Assembly: GCA_965206365.1 (NCBI GenBank)
Contig: CBDBJL010000008.1
Coordinates: 268-64,267, forward strand
Length of the DNA: 64,000 nt
Source: Alphaproteobacteria bacterium
GTDB taxonomy: Bacteria; Pseudomonadota; Alphaproteobacteria; JABAAW01; JAHZMA01
Direction: 5' to 3'
In this document: positions 45,818-56,194 of the stretch, piece after piece
Numbering within the stretch: position 1 is the first letter of the stretch
Layout: every line of letters begins with the position of its first letter
Notes under the pieces: model-generated
What the model was told of the DNA's origin: nothing
What the model saw: the letters and a program-made list of their open reading frames with translations, nothing else
Database searches by the model: none
Translations under genes and position numbers: made by a program

Positions 45818-46954
45818 TCAGCCCTGCCCAATTTCGCTTTCTTGCATTTGATGCGTATTTTCATCTATTACAGACTTTCGGCTCAGTGCCAACAAAGTCC
45901 CCATCGCAAACCCCATGGCTAACATAGCAGTTCCCCCTGAAGAAATGAAGGGCAAGGTTGTACCTTTCGGGGGAATCACCCCAACAACCGAGCCAATATT
46001 AACCCATACTTGCCCGGCAAATTGCGTTAAGATCCCCAGCAAAGTGAAAACAACAAATAAATCATCACTATCCATTGCCCGCAATATCCCCCGAAGTACA
46101 ATAAACGCATAAGCAATAAGCACAATCACGCAGGCCATAATGCCTAATTCTTCACCCAATACGGCAAAAATAAAATCACTTTGCGCATCAAAAAGATAAC
46201 CCTTTAATGCGCCACCACCAAGCCCTTCACCCAAAAATCCACCAGAATGAAAAGCTTTCAAAGAAAGATTAACTTGTGAAAAATGATCTGCACCACTTAA
46301 AAAACCTTGCACCCGATCGGTAACATGTGGAAACACAACATAAGTGGTTACCAGCCCCAATAAGATAATACTGACCCATAATAAAATAAAAATAATCGGC
46401 ATGCCAGCCACAAACCATTGCACCAAAAAAATTAACGTAACAAAAACACTTTGCCCAACATCAGGCTGTAGCAATAATAGTACCATCATGCTGGCGTAAA
46501 TTCCCCAAACAAAACCCAATCCTGGCACAGGCTCACCCTTATTTTGCATCGCAAGCAACCATGCAGTAACAATAGCAAAAGCCGGTTTCGCAAATTCTGA
46601 AGGTTGCAACGTAACGCCCCATATTGCTAACCAACGGTTGGAACCATTATAGGCCTCGCCCCAAAATAGAACCATAATCAACATAATGAAAGTTGTAATT
46701 AATAAATATAACCCTAACCTTTTAATCATACAGCTATCGAATAATGAAACCACAATAATTAGCATAAAGCTAATCATGGCAAAGAAACTATGTTTTGTTG
46801 CTAAATAATAAGGTGGAACTTGCAAACGAGTTGCAATTTCTGGCGATATCGAAAAGCTAAGAACGCACCCCATCACCAAAAGCAATAAACACGTAAATAG
46901 CGACCAACCATCGAGTGATGTTAGCCAATCACGTGCCGGATCAACCACTCGCAT
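45818..46954 (-). CDS. ftsW: SEDS-family cell division protein FtsW (lipid II polymerase/flippase family)
   Basis: Polytopic membrane protein containing LQPSEFAKP, QPDVGQ and PPKGTTLPFISSGGT. Confidence 0.85.
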   Translation of the reverse strand: MRVVDPARDWLTSLDGWSLFTCLLLLVMGCVLSFSISPEIATRLQVPPYYLATKHSFFAMISFMLIIVVSLFDSCMIKRLGLYLLITTFIMLIMVLFWGEAYNGSNRWLAIWGVTLQPSEFAKPAFAIVTAWLLAMQNKGEPVPGLGFVWGIYASMMVLLLLQPDVGQSVFVTLIFLVQWFVAGMPIIFILLWVSIILLGLVTTYVVFPHVTDRVQGFLSGADHFSQVNLSLKAFHSGGFLGEGLGGGALKGYLFDAQSDFIFAVLGEELGIMACVIVLIAYAFIVLRGILRAMDSDDLFVVFTLLGILTQFAGQVWVNIGSVVGVIPPKGTTLPFISSGGTAMLAMGFAMGTLLALSRKSVIDENTHQMQESEIGQG

Positions 46955-48431
46955 TTTTCAGTTTCTCTACCGCATCAACAAAGACATCTCCGCGATGCAT
47001 GAAATTATCAAATTGATCAAATGAGGCCGCTGCTGGGGAGAGTAAAATTGTCGCAAAATTCGCTTTGTCTGTATCCCCTTGATCATCCGCAAAATCTTTG
47101 ATCGCCTGGCTGTAGGCTGCATTAATGGCTTGCTGCATAGTTTGAGTTTTCATGGCAACCATGCTTTGCGCAAAAATTTCATGCAATCTGTCTGCGCCAG
47201 AACCATAAAAAAATCCTGCTTTCACATTGCCAATATAATCATACAATCGCCGATGATTTTCATCTTTCAATTTCCCACCCGCAATCCAATAAATATTGCG
47301 ATAACTCAACAACGCCATTTGCGTTGCTTCTACATTGGTAGCCTTGCTATCATTAATAAAATGCACATTATCGCAAGCACCTAAATATTCTTGCCGATGT
47401 GCCAATCCGGGAAAAGTTTCAAGCCCGGTCAAAATATCTTCACGACTCATATTATTGGCACGACAAATTATATAAGCTGCCGCAATATTTTCTGCATTAT
47501 GTCTGCCCGGCAAATGGGGTAATAAATTCAAATCAATAATTTTTACGCAAGGCTGCCCTTCTTGTACTTCTAGCAAAAAATTATTCTCGCGATAAATCCC
47601 ATTGCCGACGGGAACTAACCCCGAAAATAAACTAAGCTTACGCTGTTCTGCAAGCATTGCCCCGGCGATGCCAAGCCCTGTTTCACTACTTACCCCAATA
47701 ATCGCTAAATCATCTTCTGCTTGATGCGTAAAAATTCGTAATTTTGCGTTAATATAATTTTCCATCGAACCATGATGTTTCAAATGATCTGGCGTAATAT
47801 TAAGCAAGGCGGCTTGCCCAAAGCGAGCATAACGAACATGATGCAATTGATAAGATGAAAGTTCCAACACATAATAACCACCCGCACTTAACAGCGGTAA
47901 ATCCAAAACAGGTTGCCCCAAATTGCCACCGGCAATAACTTCAAGCCCAGCCTGGGCCATAATATGCGCAACCAAAAAAGTTGTGGTAGATTTACCATTA
48001 GTGCCGGTAATCCCAATAAAATTACATTGCGGTGCCGCTTGATAGAGTAAATCAACATCACTTAAAATTTGGCAATCAAACAAATTGGCTCGCAAAAATG
48101 CCACATGATCATCAGGAATCCCCGGAGATGGCAACAAGGCATCAACATCTTGCCAAGAAAACGTATCATTAATATCACAAGGGCGCAAAGCATAATGTTT
48201 TTCCATAGCCACGCGATGCGCATGATTATCATCCCAAATCTTTACTTTGGCACCCGAAAGCAAAAAACTTTCAACAGCTGCCCTACCGCTAATGCCCAAT
48301 CCCACTACAAAAATTGTTTTGCCGGAAAAACCTGGTAATTTTTGTCCCACGAACTCTTCATTCTCCTGATATTTTAGCGTAATTTTAAAGTTGCCAGCCC
48401 AATGAAACCCATAATCACGGCAATAATCCAA
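46941..48431 (-). CDS. murD: UDP-N-acetylmuramoylalanine--D-glutamate ligase
   Basis: VVGLGISGRA and GITGTNGKSTTT. The true start is probably downstream of 48431 (for example a GTG near 48350), because the ORF overlaps the mraY 3' end. Confidence 0.85.
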   Translation of the reverse strand: MDYCRDYGFHWAGNFKITLKYQENEEFVGQKLPGFSGKTIFVVGLGISGRAAVESFLLSGAKVKIWDDNHAHRVAMEKHYALRPCDINDTFSWQDVDALLPSPGIPDDHVAFLRANLFDCQILSDVDLLYQAAPQCNFIGITGTNGKSTTTFLVAHIMAQAGLEVIAGGNLGQPVLDLPLLSAGGYYVLELSSYQLHHVRYARFGQAALLNITPDHLKHHGSMENYINAKLRIFTHQAEDDLAIIGVSSETGLGIAGAMLAEQRKLSLFSGLVPVGNGIYRENNFLLEVQEGQPCVKIIDLNLLPHLPGRHNAENIAAAYIICRANNMSREDILTGLETFPGLAHRQEYLGACDNVHFINDSKATNVEATQMALLSYRNIYWIAGGKLKDENHRRLYDYIGNVKAGFFYGSGADRLHEIFAQSMVAMKTQTMQQAINAAYSQAIKDFADDQGDTDKANFATILLSPAAASFDQFDNFMHRGDVFVDAVEKLKNASG

Positions 48432-49453
48432 AACCTAATCACAATCGTTGCTTCTGCCCAGCCACGCTTTTCAAAATGATGATGCAGTGGTGCCATCGCA
48501 AAAATACGTTTCCCCAATAATTGAAACGATGCTACTTGAATAATCACTGAAACAGTTTCTAGAACAAACAAACCTCCAATAATACCCAGTACGATTTCAT
48601 GTTTTGCCAACACACTTACCATGCCTAGCGCACCACCAATGGCAAGTGCCCCTGTATCGCCCATAAATATTTTTGCTGGCGGAGCATTAAACCACAAAAA
48701 ACCTAATGAAGCCCCCATCAAACTTGCACAAAACACTGCCAGCTCACCCGCATCACTAATATAAGCAATGCCTAAATAAGTTGCATAAACACTATGCCCT
48801 GCCAAATAAACAATCATACCCAAACAACCGGTCGCAATAATCACAGGCCCAATTGCCAACCCATCAAGCCCATCGGTTAAATTAACGGCATTGGCAGAAC
48901 CCACAATCACAAAAGCAGCAAAGGCCAAATAAAACCACCCTAAATCTAGCAAGAAATTTTTAACAAAGGGAAAAGCCAAATGATTTGCCAAATCGGATAT
49001 AGAAATATATGCCAACAAACTGCATGCACAAACCGCAAGCAATAATTCAATCCCCAAACGCAACCGCGCCGAAAGCCCTTTATTTCTACCCCTTACCTTA
49101 TGGCGATCATCCACAAAACCAATCAGCCCAAAACTTGCAGTAACAAAAAACACAAGCCCAATATAAGGATTGCTTAAATCTGCCCAAATCAATGTACTTA
49201 CCAGCATCGCAATCAAAATCATTAACCCACCCATTGTTGGTGTTCCGATTTTTTGCAAATGCCCCTCAGGCACATCTTCACGCACAGTATTGCTGCCCTT
49301 TTGTTGCGCTTTTAGCCAACGAATAATCGGACCGCCAATGATAAAGCATACCAATAACGCACTAATAAAAGCCCCACCACTTCTGAACGTAATGTAACGA
49401 AATAAATTAAAAAAAATATTAATATCTGAATATTGACTAAGATAAGCGAACAT
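48374..49453 (-). CDS. mraY: Phospho-N-acetylmuramoyl-pentapeptide transferase
   Basis: GTPTMGG, NAVNLTDGLDGLA and MGDTGALA. Confidence 0.9.
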   Translation of the reverse strand: MFAYLSQYSDINIFFNLFRYITFRSGGAFISALLVCFIIGGPIIRWLKAQQKGSNTVREDVPEGHLQKIGTPTMGGLMILIAMLVSTLIWADLSNPYIGLVFFVTASFGLIGFVDDRHKVRGRNKGLSARLRLGIELLLAVCACSLLAYISISDLANHLAFPFVKNFLLDLGWFYLAFAAFVIVGSANAVNLTDGLDGLAIGPVIIATGCLGMIVYLAGHSVYATYLGIAYISDAGELAVFCASLMGASLGFLWFNAPPAKIFMGDTGALAIGGALGMVSVLAKHEIVLGIIGGLFVLETVSVIIQVASFQLLGKRIFAMAPLHHHFEKRGWAEATIVIRFWIIAVIMGFIGLATLKLR

Positions 49454-49497
49454 TATTTTATTTTATCCTTTTAAAAATTAAAAACATACCTAAATTA

Positions 49498-52494
49498 TCA
49501 GCGCGCCAATTGTGCAATAATTTCTTGCATCCGCATGCTCGCGGAACCTTTCACCATCACAAGATCATCAGCTTCAAGATTATCTAACAATTGTGTAGAT
49601 AACGCACCTACATCACAACTATAAATACCGCGCTTCTCGTTGGGAAGCAAATCATATAGCTTTGCCATGGCTTTGCCCACAAGATGAACTTGATCTAACA
49701 ACAAGCAATGTTGATATAAATCTTGATGATAAAAATCAGTTTGCGTGCCAAGCTCTAGCATATCACCTAATACCGCAATTTTTCTTGCCCCCATTTTGGG
49801 GTAGGAAGCCAATGCGATAATTGCCGCCTGCATCGCATCTGGGCTCGCATTATAACTTTCGTCAATTAGGGTAATATTTCCGGCTTTACATTTGCCTGCA
49901 CGAATATTGCCTCGCCCCAATGCGGGTTGCATTGCCGAGAGATTCTCGGCAATTTGCATAAGAGCTAATTTTGATTCATTTACACTATTTACGCCTCGCA
50001 TAAGATTGCGCGTAGAATCGACAATCAAACCAGCCGCATAACCTGCTGCCATAATGCTAGCAAAAATTTGCCCCCATTGGATGCCATGAACAAAACTTGT
50101 AATTCGATAATGGATTCCACAATGGATAATGGTAAAATAATAAATTGGCACGAAAGCATCAGATTCAATTTCACCAGCTTTTGCGACCGAATTTTCGATA
50201 CCGCAAAATTGAAAATCAGCATCTGGCGATGCTCCAAAACTAATAATATTCAATTTTTTTTTCTTAGCTTCCTCTGCCAAAACCGCAAAATAATCACTAT
50301 CACGTGGCAAAATCGCAAAATAATGCTCGGAATTGCCCGGATCATTCATCGAGGTAAAAATTTCGCTCTTCGCATGCGCAACAGCCGTTAAAGATGCAAA
50401 ATGTACCAGATGCGCAGGAGTAATCGCGGTAATGATCGCGATATTCGGGCGCACCATTTTTGTTAAATCGGCAATTTCTCCGGAATGATTCATTCCGATC
50501 TCAAAAATTGCCACTTGGCTATCCACAGGCATCAACGCCAAAGATAACGGCACCCCAATATGATTGTTAAAACTCAATGCCGAACTATAGGTTTTCCCAT
50601 AGGGCATGAAAATCCGTTGCAATCCATTTTTAACCGTGGTTTTCCCAACACTCCCCGTTACGCCAATTCGAATTACTGGGTTGGGTTGGCGTAAATTTTT
50701 CTCGCTTGCATAATGCGCAATTTCGCGTAAAGCCTTAAACGAATCCGCTACTTTAATATCCGCATTTTCTTGCCCAAGAATTGCTGAAGCCTTCGACTTA
50801 CGTGCCGCTGCAATAAACTGGTTCCCGTCGCGAGCCCCCTGCAGAGCCACAAACAAATCACCCTTGATGATTTTACGACTATCAATACCAATCCCATAAA
50901 TTTCTAGATCACCATGATCACCATGGGTGGATGCCGTAATTTCAGCAATTTGTTTGCTCTGCCATAGGGGCAGAACTGCATTAAAATCTCTTGCCATTTC
51001 TCGGGCGCAAACTGCATCATCAAACGCCACTTTCCCGGTATTTTGAATCTGATAATCTTCATGCCCTTTCCCGGCAATAAGCAATAGATCCTTGGCTTTC
51101 AGCCCACGTATCGCGGCTTGAATTGCCATTTCTCGTCCAGCAATATTATCGGCATGATCCCCTATACAGGCACTAAGCACTTCAAGCCTAATTTGGGCTG
51201 GATCCTCATGGCGCGGATTATCGTCGGTAACAATAACATGATCTGCATATTGTGTGGCAATCGCCCCCATTTGCACACGTTTCCCCGAATCGCGTCCACC
51301 CCCACAACCAAACAAACAATGTAATTTTCCTACTGAAACCTCATCTGCTAGCTGATTACAAGCCTGCATACTATCGCGCAAAGCCAATAGGGCTTGTTGC
51401 AAGGCATCGGGCGTGTGAGCATAATCTATAAAAATTTGCGCCCCATTTTTCAGCCTTGCCACAGCTTCTAATCGCCCCCATACGCTGGGCATAGTGCATA
51501 GTGCCTCAGCAATCACAGCGGGCTGAACACCGGTTAAATATGCCACTGCCGCTGCCGCAATTGCATTCTCCCACTGAAACCTACCTTCAAGGGGAAATTG
51601 AATCGCAATTTGCGTGGCTTGCAATTTCAACTTTGCATGCAAAATTCCCTCTACTCGCCGACAATCAAGCATGGCAAAATCATTATCAGCCGCAAAGCCA
51701 TAGCGAAATAAGCGCGTTTTTGTAGCGGTAATCTGTTTAATCTGCTCGCTTTGTTGATAATTCTCACAAATTAAAGCAATCCCATCTGATTTTAAATTAT
51801 CCGCGAATAAAATATGTTTGGCATCTCGATAAGCATTGAATGTTTCGTGGTAATCCAAATGATCTCGAGATAAATTTGTAAAAACACCAATATCCACTTT
51901 TATTGCCGCAAGCCTTGATTGCTCTAGCCCATGGCTCGACGCCTCCAAGGCAACATAATCAATATCTGCATGGGCAAATTGCGCCAATATTTTTGCCAAA
52001 TCAACCGCATCAGGCGTGGTTAAATCACAGCTTCCTACACGCTGATTGCCATGATAAATGCCGTGGGTACCCACCGAACCCGCTTTGCCACTTCGCGCCT
52101 CTGCCTTTTGCCCATAATTCCAAATATGACGCAAAAACCACACAATCGAACTTTTCCCATTCGTACCCGTAACCGCAGTTACATGTTTCACAGATTCACC
52201 ATAAAATTCATTTGCCAACAACGCATAATCGCGCCGAACATTTGGGCTTACCCATACGGGTAAAATATCGGTTGGACAATCAGCATCTCCCAAAACATAA
52301 ATTGCCCCGTTGGCTTTCGCATCTTTTATATAATAAACGCCATCTCGGGCCGAATCCGTACCCGTCGAGCTGGGCAAAGCCGCAAATATAAAACCTGCTT
52401 TTACATATCGACTATCGGCAGTAATGCCGGTAATTTCTGTTTTCACTGCACAAAATTGGCGCATAATATCTGAATATTTCTTGTTGTCTGCCAT
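49498..52494 (-). CDS. murE/murF: In-frame fusion of MurE (UDP-MurNAc-tripeptide synthetase) and MurF (D-Ala-D-Ala adding enzyme)
   Basis: A single 998-aa ORF. The MurE half carries VTGTNGKSS, DYAHTPDAL and GCGGGRDSGKR. The junction reads AFDDAVCAREMARDFNAVLPLWQSKQIAEIT, with LPLW at 50962-50973 (about residue 508). The MurF half carries GIDSRKIIKGDLFVAL, GVTGSVGKTT, DESYNASPDAM and VKGSASMRM. Confidence 0.85.
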   Translation of the reverse strand: MADNKKYSDIMRQFCAVKTEITGITADSRYVKAGFIFAALPSSTGTDSARDGVYYIKDAKANGAIYVLGDADCPTDILPVWVSPNVRRDYALLANEFYGESVKHVTAVTGTNGKSSIVWFLRHIWNYGQKAEARSGKAGSVGTHGIYHGNQRVGSCDLTTPDAVDLAKILAQFAHADIDYVALEASSHGLEQSRLAAIKVDIGVFTNLSRDHLDYHETFNAYRDAKHILFADNLKSDGIALICENYQQSEQIKQITATKTRLFRYGFAADNDFAMLDCRRVEGILHAKLKLQATQIAIQFPLEGRFQWENAIAAAAVAYLTGVQPAVIAEALCTMPSVWGRLEAVARLKNGAQIFIDYAHTPDALQQALLALRDSMQACNQLADEVSVGKLHCLFGCGGGRDSGKRVQMGAIATQYADHVIVTDDNPRHEDPAQIRLEVLSACIGDHADNIAGREMAIQAAIRGLKAKDLLLIAGKGHEDYQIQNTGKVAFDDAVCAREMARDFNAVLPLWQSKQIAEITASTHGDHGDLEIYGIGIDSRKIIKGDLFVALQGARDGNQFIAAARKSKASAILGQENADIKVADSFKALREIAHYASEKNLRQPNPVIRIGVTGSVGKTTVKNGLQRIFMPYGKTYSSALSFNNHIGVPLSLALMPVDSQVAIFEIGMNHSGEIADLTKMVRPNIAIITAITPAHLVHFASLTAVAHAKSEIFTSMNDPGNSEHYFAILPRDSDYFAVLAEEAKKKKLNIISFGASPDADFQFCGIENSVAKAGEIESDAFVPIYYFTIIHCGIHYRITSFVHGIQWGQIFASIMAAGYAAGLIVDSTRNLMRGVNSVNESKLALMQIAENLSAMQPALGRGNIRAGKCKAGNITLIDESYNASPDAMQAAIIALASYPKMGARKIAVLGDMLELGTQTDFYHQDLYQHCLLLDQVHLVGKAMAKLYDLLPNEKRGIYSCDVGALSTQLLDNLEADDLVMVKGSASMRMQEIIAQLAR

Positions 52495-52498
52495 TTTT

Positions 52499-54244
52499 TT
52501 AACGCGACTCTTGTGGTTGCATTGGAAGAAAACCTAATCCCTTTTGCACTGCAACATTTTTTTCGTTGGCAAAAGCAACATGCGTAAACGGTATCATCTG
52601 TTGAATAATGGCTTTCACCACCGGAGCCACCACGCGCGCGCCACCCACAATCCCACTTTGATTTTTCCCTTTCGGATCATCCAGCACAAGATAGATAAGA
52701 TATTTGGGTTGATGCATCGGAAAGGCTCCCAAAAAAGAAGAAACCGAAAAATCTGCACTATATTGTAGCCCCAAAGAGGTTTCCACCAATTTCTCTGCTG
52801 TACCGGTTTTGCCACCCACATTATAACCTGGAATCCTAGCATTTCTGCCCGTGCCTTCTTTTACCACCAAATACATCATTTGGCGCACAGCACGCGATAC
52901 CTCAGAGCTAACCACCCTGTGCCCCAAACCAGACTTCGCGCTCAGCTCAGGGATATGCAATAAAGTGGGTTGACGCAAAATTCCATCATTGATAATCCCC
53001 GAAACCGCACTGGCTAGATGCATCGGACTCACCGCAATACCATGACCAAACCCAATGGTCATCGTGCTAAGTTCCGTAATTTTCTTGCCAATGATCGGCT
53101 TGCTTTTCCCTTCAAGCTCAATGGGTAGCATCTCTAACAAACCCAATTTTGCTAAAAATTCTCGTTGTCGCACTCCACCAACATCACGTGCAATTAAAGC
53201 CGCACCAATATTAGATGAATGCACAATTATATTTTTCAAACTATAAGGGTATGCACTTAGATGCAAATCAGAAATCACTTTCCCATCATGGCGAATCGGA
53301 CGCGTGGTGTCGTAGATTGTCTCTAAGGTTGCAACGCCACTTTCAAGCCCCATTGCCGCCGTGATTAACTTAAAGGTTGACCCCAACTCATAAGAGGGTT
53401 GGGTAACGCAATTAAAATATTTATCGGGTGTAATGCTTGCTACATCATGCGGGTTATAGGTGGGAAAGGATGCCATTGCCATAATCTCAGCTGAATCCAC
53501 TGCCATAATTACTCCGCAGGCTGATTTCGCACCTTGCACCTGAAAGGCTTCTTGTAGCGCATGAGTCAAAATATATTGCATCCGAATATCTATCGAAAGC
53601 TGAAGCGATTCTTCACCTTTACTCAAAAACGAATTAAATTTCAGCTCAACACCACTTTGCCCTAAATTTTCATTATCCACAAAACCTACCAAATGTGCGG
53701 TCATTTCTGCAAAAGGATAAATTCTACCTTCCTTGCGCAAAGTATAAATCCCAGGAATCCCTAATTGTCGAACCTGCCAAACCTGTTCGGGCGTTAAGCG
53801 ATTACGAATTGGAAAATGTGATAACCTACGAAACTTATCACGCAATTTCTGCGGATCCAAACTCGGAAATAAAGCGACTAATTTTTGAGTTGCTTCATCA
53901 AAATCAACATTGGCACGTATCATTAAAGGAACTTCTGCATTTAAACTTTTGATAATGGCTGCACTTGCCAATAATTTCCCATGCCGATCAATAATATCAC
54001 TGCGTAATGTTTCCGTAACCTGAGAAGCATTTCTGTTTGAAAGATCTGAAATAGACAGAAAAGGCAATAAGACAATCCGAACCCCCAACCCCAAAAATGC
54101 CAGCCCCATCATAATCCATATCAACAACAAACGCGCCCGACATAATTCTAGCATCTGGTAATAATAGTAACCACCACCGCGATGTGGCGTTGCGGTGACT
54201 GTGTCTAGGAACCGCCCAAATTGATTATCTTCTGTTCGTTTCAT
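52499..54244 (-). CDS. ftsI: Peptidoglycan D,D-transpeptidase FtsI (PBP3)
   Basis: N-terminal TM helix. Motifs are SxxK (GSTFKLITA), SxN (HSSNIG) and KTGT (GGKTGTAEK). Confidence 0.9.
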   Translation of the reverse strand: MKRTEDNQFGRFLDTVTATPHRGGGYYYYQMLELCRARLLLIWIMMGLAFLGLGVRIVLLPFLSISDLSNRNASQVTETLRSDIIDRHGKLLASAAIIKSLNAEVPLMIRANVDFDEATQKLVALFPSLDPQKLRDKFRRLSHFPIRNRLTPEQVWQVRQLGIPGIYTLRKEGRIYPFAEMTAHLVGFVDNENLGQSGVELKFNSFLSKGEESLQLSIDIRMQYILTHALQEAFQVQGAKSACGVIMAVDSAEIMAMASFPTYNPHDVASITPDKYFNCVTQPSYELGSTFKLITAAMGLESGVATLETIYDTTRPIRHDGKVISDLHLSAYPYSLKNIIVHSSNIGAALIARDVGGVRQREFLAKLGLLEMLPIELEGKSKPIIGKKITELSTMTIGFGHGIAVSPMHLASAVSGIINDGILRQPTLLHIPELSAKSGLGHRVVSSEVSRAVRQMMYLVVKEGTGRNARIPGYNVGGKTGTAEKLVETSLGLQYSADFSVSSFLGAFPMHQPKYLIYLVLDDPKGKNQSGIVGGARVVAPVVKAIIQQMIPFTHVAFANEKNVAVQKGLGFLPMQPQESR

Positions 54245-54620
54245 TTGCCTGAATTCTGTTGCTAGGTAGTTTTTTTTGTAGAAAAATTGAATCCGCCTCT
54301 ATGATTTTACCCTGATGCTGCCATTTTAATAGGCCATCTTGAGCCAAAAACGGAATGTAAATATTCTTAACATTAGGAGATTGCAGATGAGGTAAATTTT
54401 GTTGACTTAATTTTTCAATCCGCTGAGGATGTGATAAATATTCAATTTCAGCTTGCAAATTACGAATATTTTCTTCTTCGCGTACAATCTGTAATTCATA
54501 ATCACGAATCTGCACCTGTAGACGACTCACACCACGGTTATTCGCTAAAACCACCAACAATAACCCAACCCCTAAAATCAAAAGGCAAACAACAAAAAAT
54601 TGATTTAATCTATTTACCAT
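54225..54620 (-). CDS. ftsL: FtsL-like cell division protein
   Basis: 131-aa bitopic protein with a TM helix (FFVVCLLILGVGLLLVVL) and a coiled coil (LQIVREEENIRNLQAEIEYL). It lies between rsmH and ftsI. Confidence 0.7.
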   Translation of the reverse strand: MVNRLNQFFVVCLLILGVGLLLVVLANNRGVSRLQVQIRDYELQIVREEENIRNLQAEIEYLSHPQRIEKLSQQNLPHLQSPNVKNIYIPFLAQDGLLKWQHQGKIIEADSIFLQKKLPSNRIQANETNRR

Positions 54621-55549
54621 TTCTGTCCCACACGCATTCGCGCCGAACGCGCCCGAGCATTGCGCTCAATTTCAGCTTCATCTGGTAAAATTGCCGATTT
54701 CGTCAATAATTGATAACCTTTTTTCTTGGCAATTTCAGGCAAATGGCGTGATCTACCACCTTCGCCTCGCAAATGGCGTGCGATAATTTTATCTTCTAAC
54801 GAATGAAAACTAACCACAATTAATTTACCGCCCGGTTTTAACAATTGATCAACGCCCAATAAAGCTTGCGACAATGCATTTTTTTCTTGATTAACCTCGA
54901 TTCTAATCGCTTGAAAAGCCAAAGTCGCCGGATGCCTACCAATTTTATGATGTTTGCGCGCAATGGCACGCGCAATAATTTCAGCCAGTTGCACCGTATC
55001 GGTAATTGGTTTCGTTTCACGCCCACGCAAAATCGCATGAGCAATCGATTTTGCAAATTTAACTTCACCTCCACGAGCCAACATTGCCATTAATTTGGCA
55101 GCGTCCCATTCATTCACAATATCCACCGCGCTTAATCCCTGTTTCGACATTCGCATATCTAAATGCCCTTGTTGATGCAACGAAAACCCGCGCCTAGGAT
55201 CATCTAACTGCCGAGAAGAAACCCCTAAATCAAACACAATCGCATCCACCATTTCTATATTTCGCCGTTTCATTTCGGGCACAAGGTTACGAAAACTTGC
55301 ATCAATAAGATGCAAGGATTTATGTTTTTCCTCCATTTTTCTTAATTTTCCCATCGCAATCGCCTCAGGGTCGCAATCAAATGCGAAAACCTGCGCCTGA
55401 CGTTGCAAAAATGCCACACTATAATGTCCGTCACCATAAGTCGCATCAATAATTTTATCGTGGGATTGAATCTCAAGCCATGCCAAAACTTGCGTTAACA
55501 TTACTGGTACGTGCGGAAAATCTCGTAAAAATTCTACCTCTGCTACCAT
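54614..55549 (-). CDS. rsmH: 16S rRNA (cytosine1402-N4)-methyltransferase
   Basis: HVPVML, DATYGDGHYS, FDLGVSS and SFHSLEDKI. Start chosen at 55549. Confidence 0.9.
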   Translation of the reverse strand: MVAEVEFLRDFPHVPVMLTQVLAWLEIQSHDKIIDATYGDGHYSVAFLQRQAQVFAFDCDPEAIAMGKLRKMEEKHKSLHLIDASFRNLVPEMKRRNIEMVDAIVFDLGVSSRQLDDPRRGFSLHQQGHLDMRMSKQGLSAVDIVNEWDAAKLMAMLARGGEVKFAKSIAHAILRGRETKPITDTVQLAEIIARAIARKHHKIGRHPATLAFQAIRIEVNQEKNALSQALLGVDQLLKPGGKLIVVSFHSLEDKIIARHLRGEGGRSRHLPEIAKKKGYQLLTKSAILPDEAEIERNARARSARMRVGQKW

Positions 55550-55837
55550 AAACCCTAATTTCACACAACCAATCTGGGCAATAATGTTTCATTATCGCCA
55601 ACCCACCGTTCAATGATAGCCTGATTTCATCGAATCTGCAAGCCATTGCGAACAAATCTACAAATCAAATCATCCTAAGCGTAGGCTTCATTGCTCTTCC
55701 CTAAAAATCTTAAAAAATAACCCCGAATCAATTGATAAAGCAAAATTCAAGGGGACAAGCAAAATCTCCCCTTGTCGCGCAATTTTATTTATCCTATATT
55801 GCATCTTAAAAATTAGGATAATTTGGAGAGTTTTTTC

Positions 55838-56077
55838 ATGAAAGCACGCCCTTTTTCTGCAGAAAAACTGCATGACATTGTTGAACGGGTTGAACGGCTT
55901 GAAGATGAGCGTCGTGCGATTGGCGAAGATATTCGTACTCTCTATTCCGAAGCCAGGGGCTTAGGTTTTGAGGTAAAAATTATTCGCCAAATGGTGAAAT
56001 TACGGCAAATGGATCGCTCTGATTTGGCGGAGGCTGATGAAATCATCACGCTATATCGTAGTGCTTTGAATTTATAG
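55838..56077 (+). CDS. gapR: GapR/DUF2312 (UPF0335) nucleoid-associated protein
   Basis: LHDIVERVERLEDERRAIGEDIRTLYSEARGLGFEVKIIRQMVKLRQMD. GGAGAG lies 7 nt upstream of the ATG. Confidence 0.8.
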   Translation: MKARPFSAEKLHDIVERVERLEDERRAIGEDIRTLYSEARGLGFEVKIIRQMVKLRQMDRSDLAEADEIITLYRSALNL

Positions 56078-56194
56078 CCACAAAGCTTAATCTTAAAAAA
56101 GATTCGTCATGCTTGAAATAAAAATTGTGAATTGTGTTTTTATCCTGGGCTTGTTTGAAAAAATCACTTAACGATAACGTGTTTATGAAACCCA

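Noticed and set aside
55688-55873. 61-aa minus-strand ORF in the position where mraZ would be expected
   Set aside because: It has no resemblance to MraZ (no paired SpoVT/AbrB-like DxxGR motifs), is far too short, and overlaps the gapR start region.
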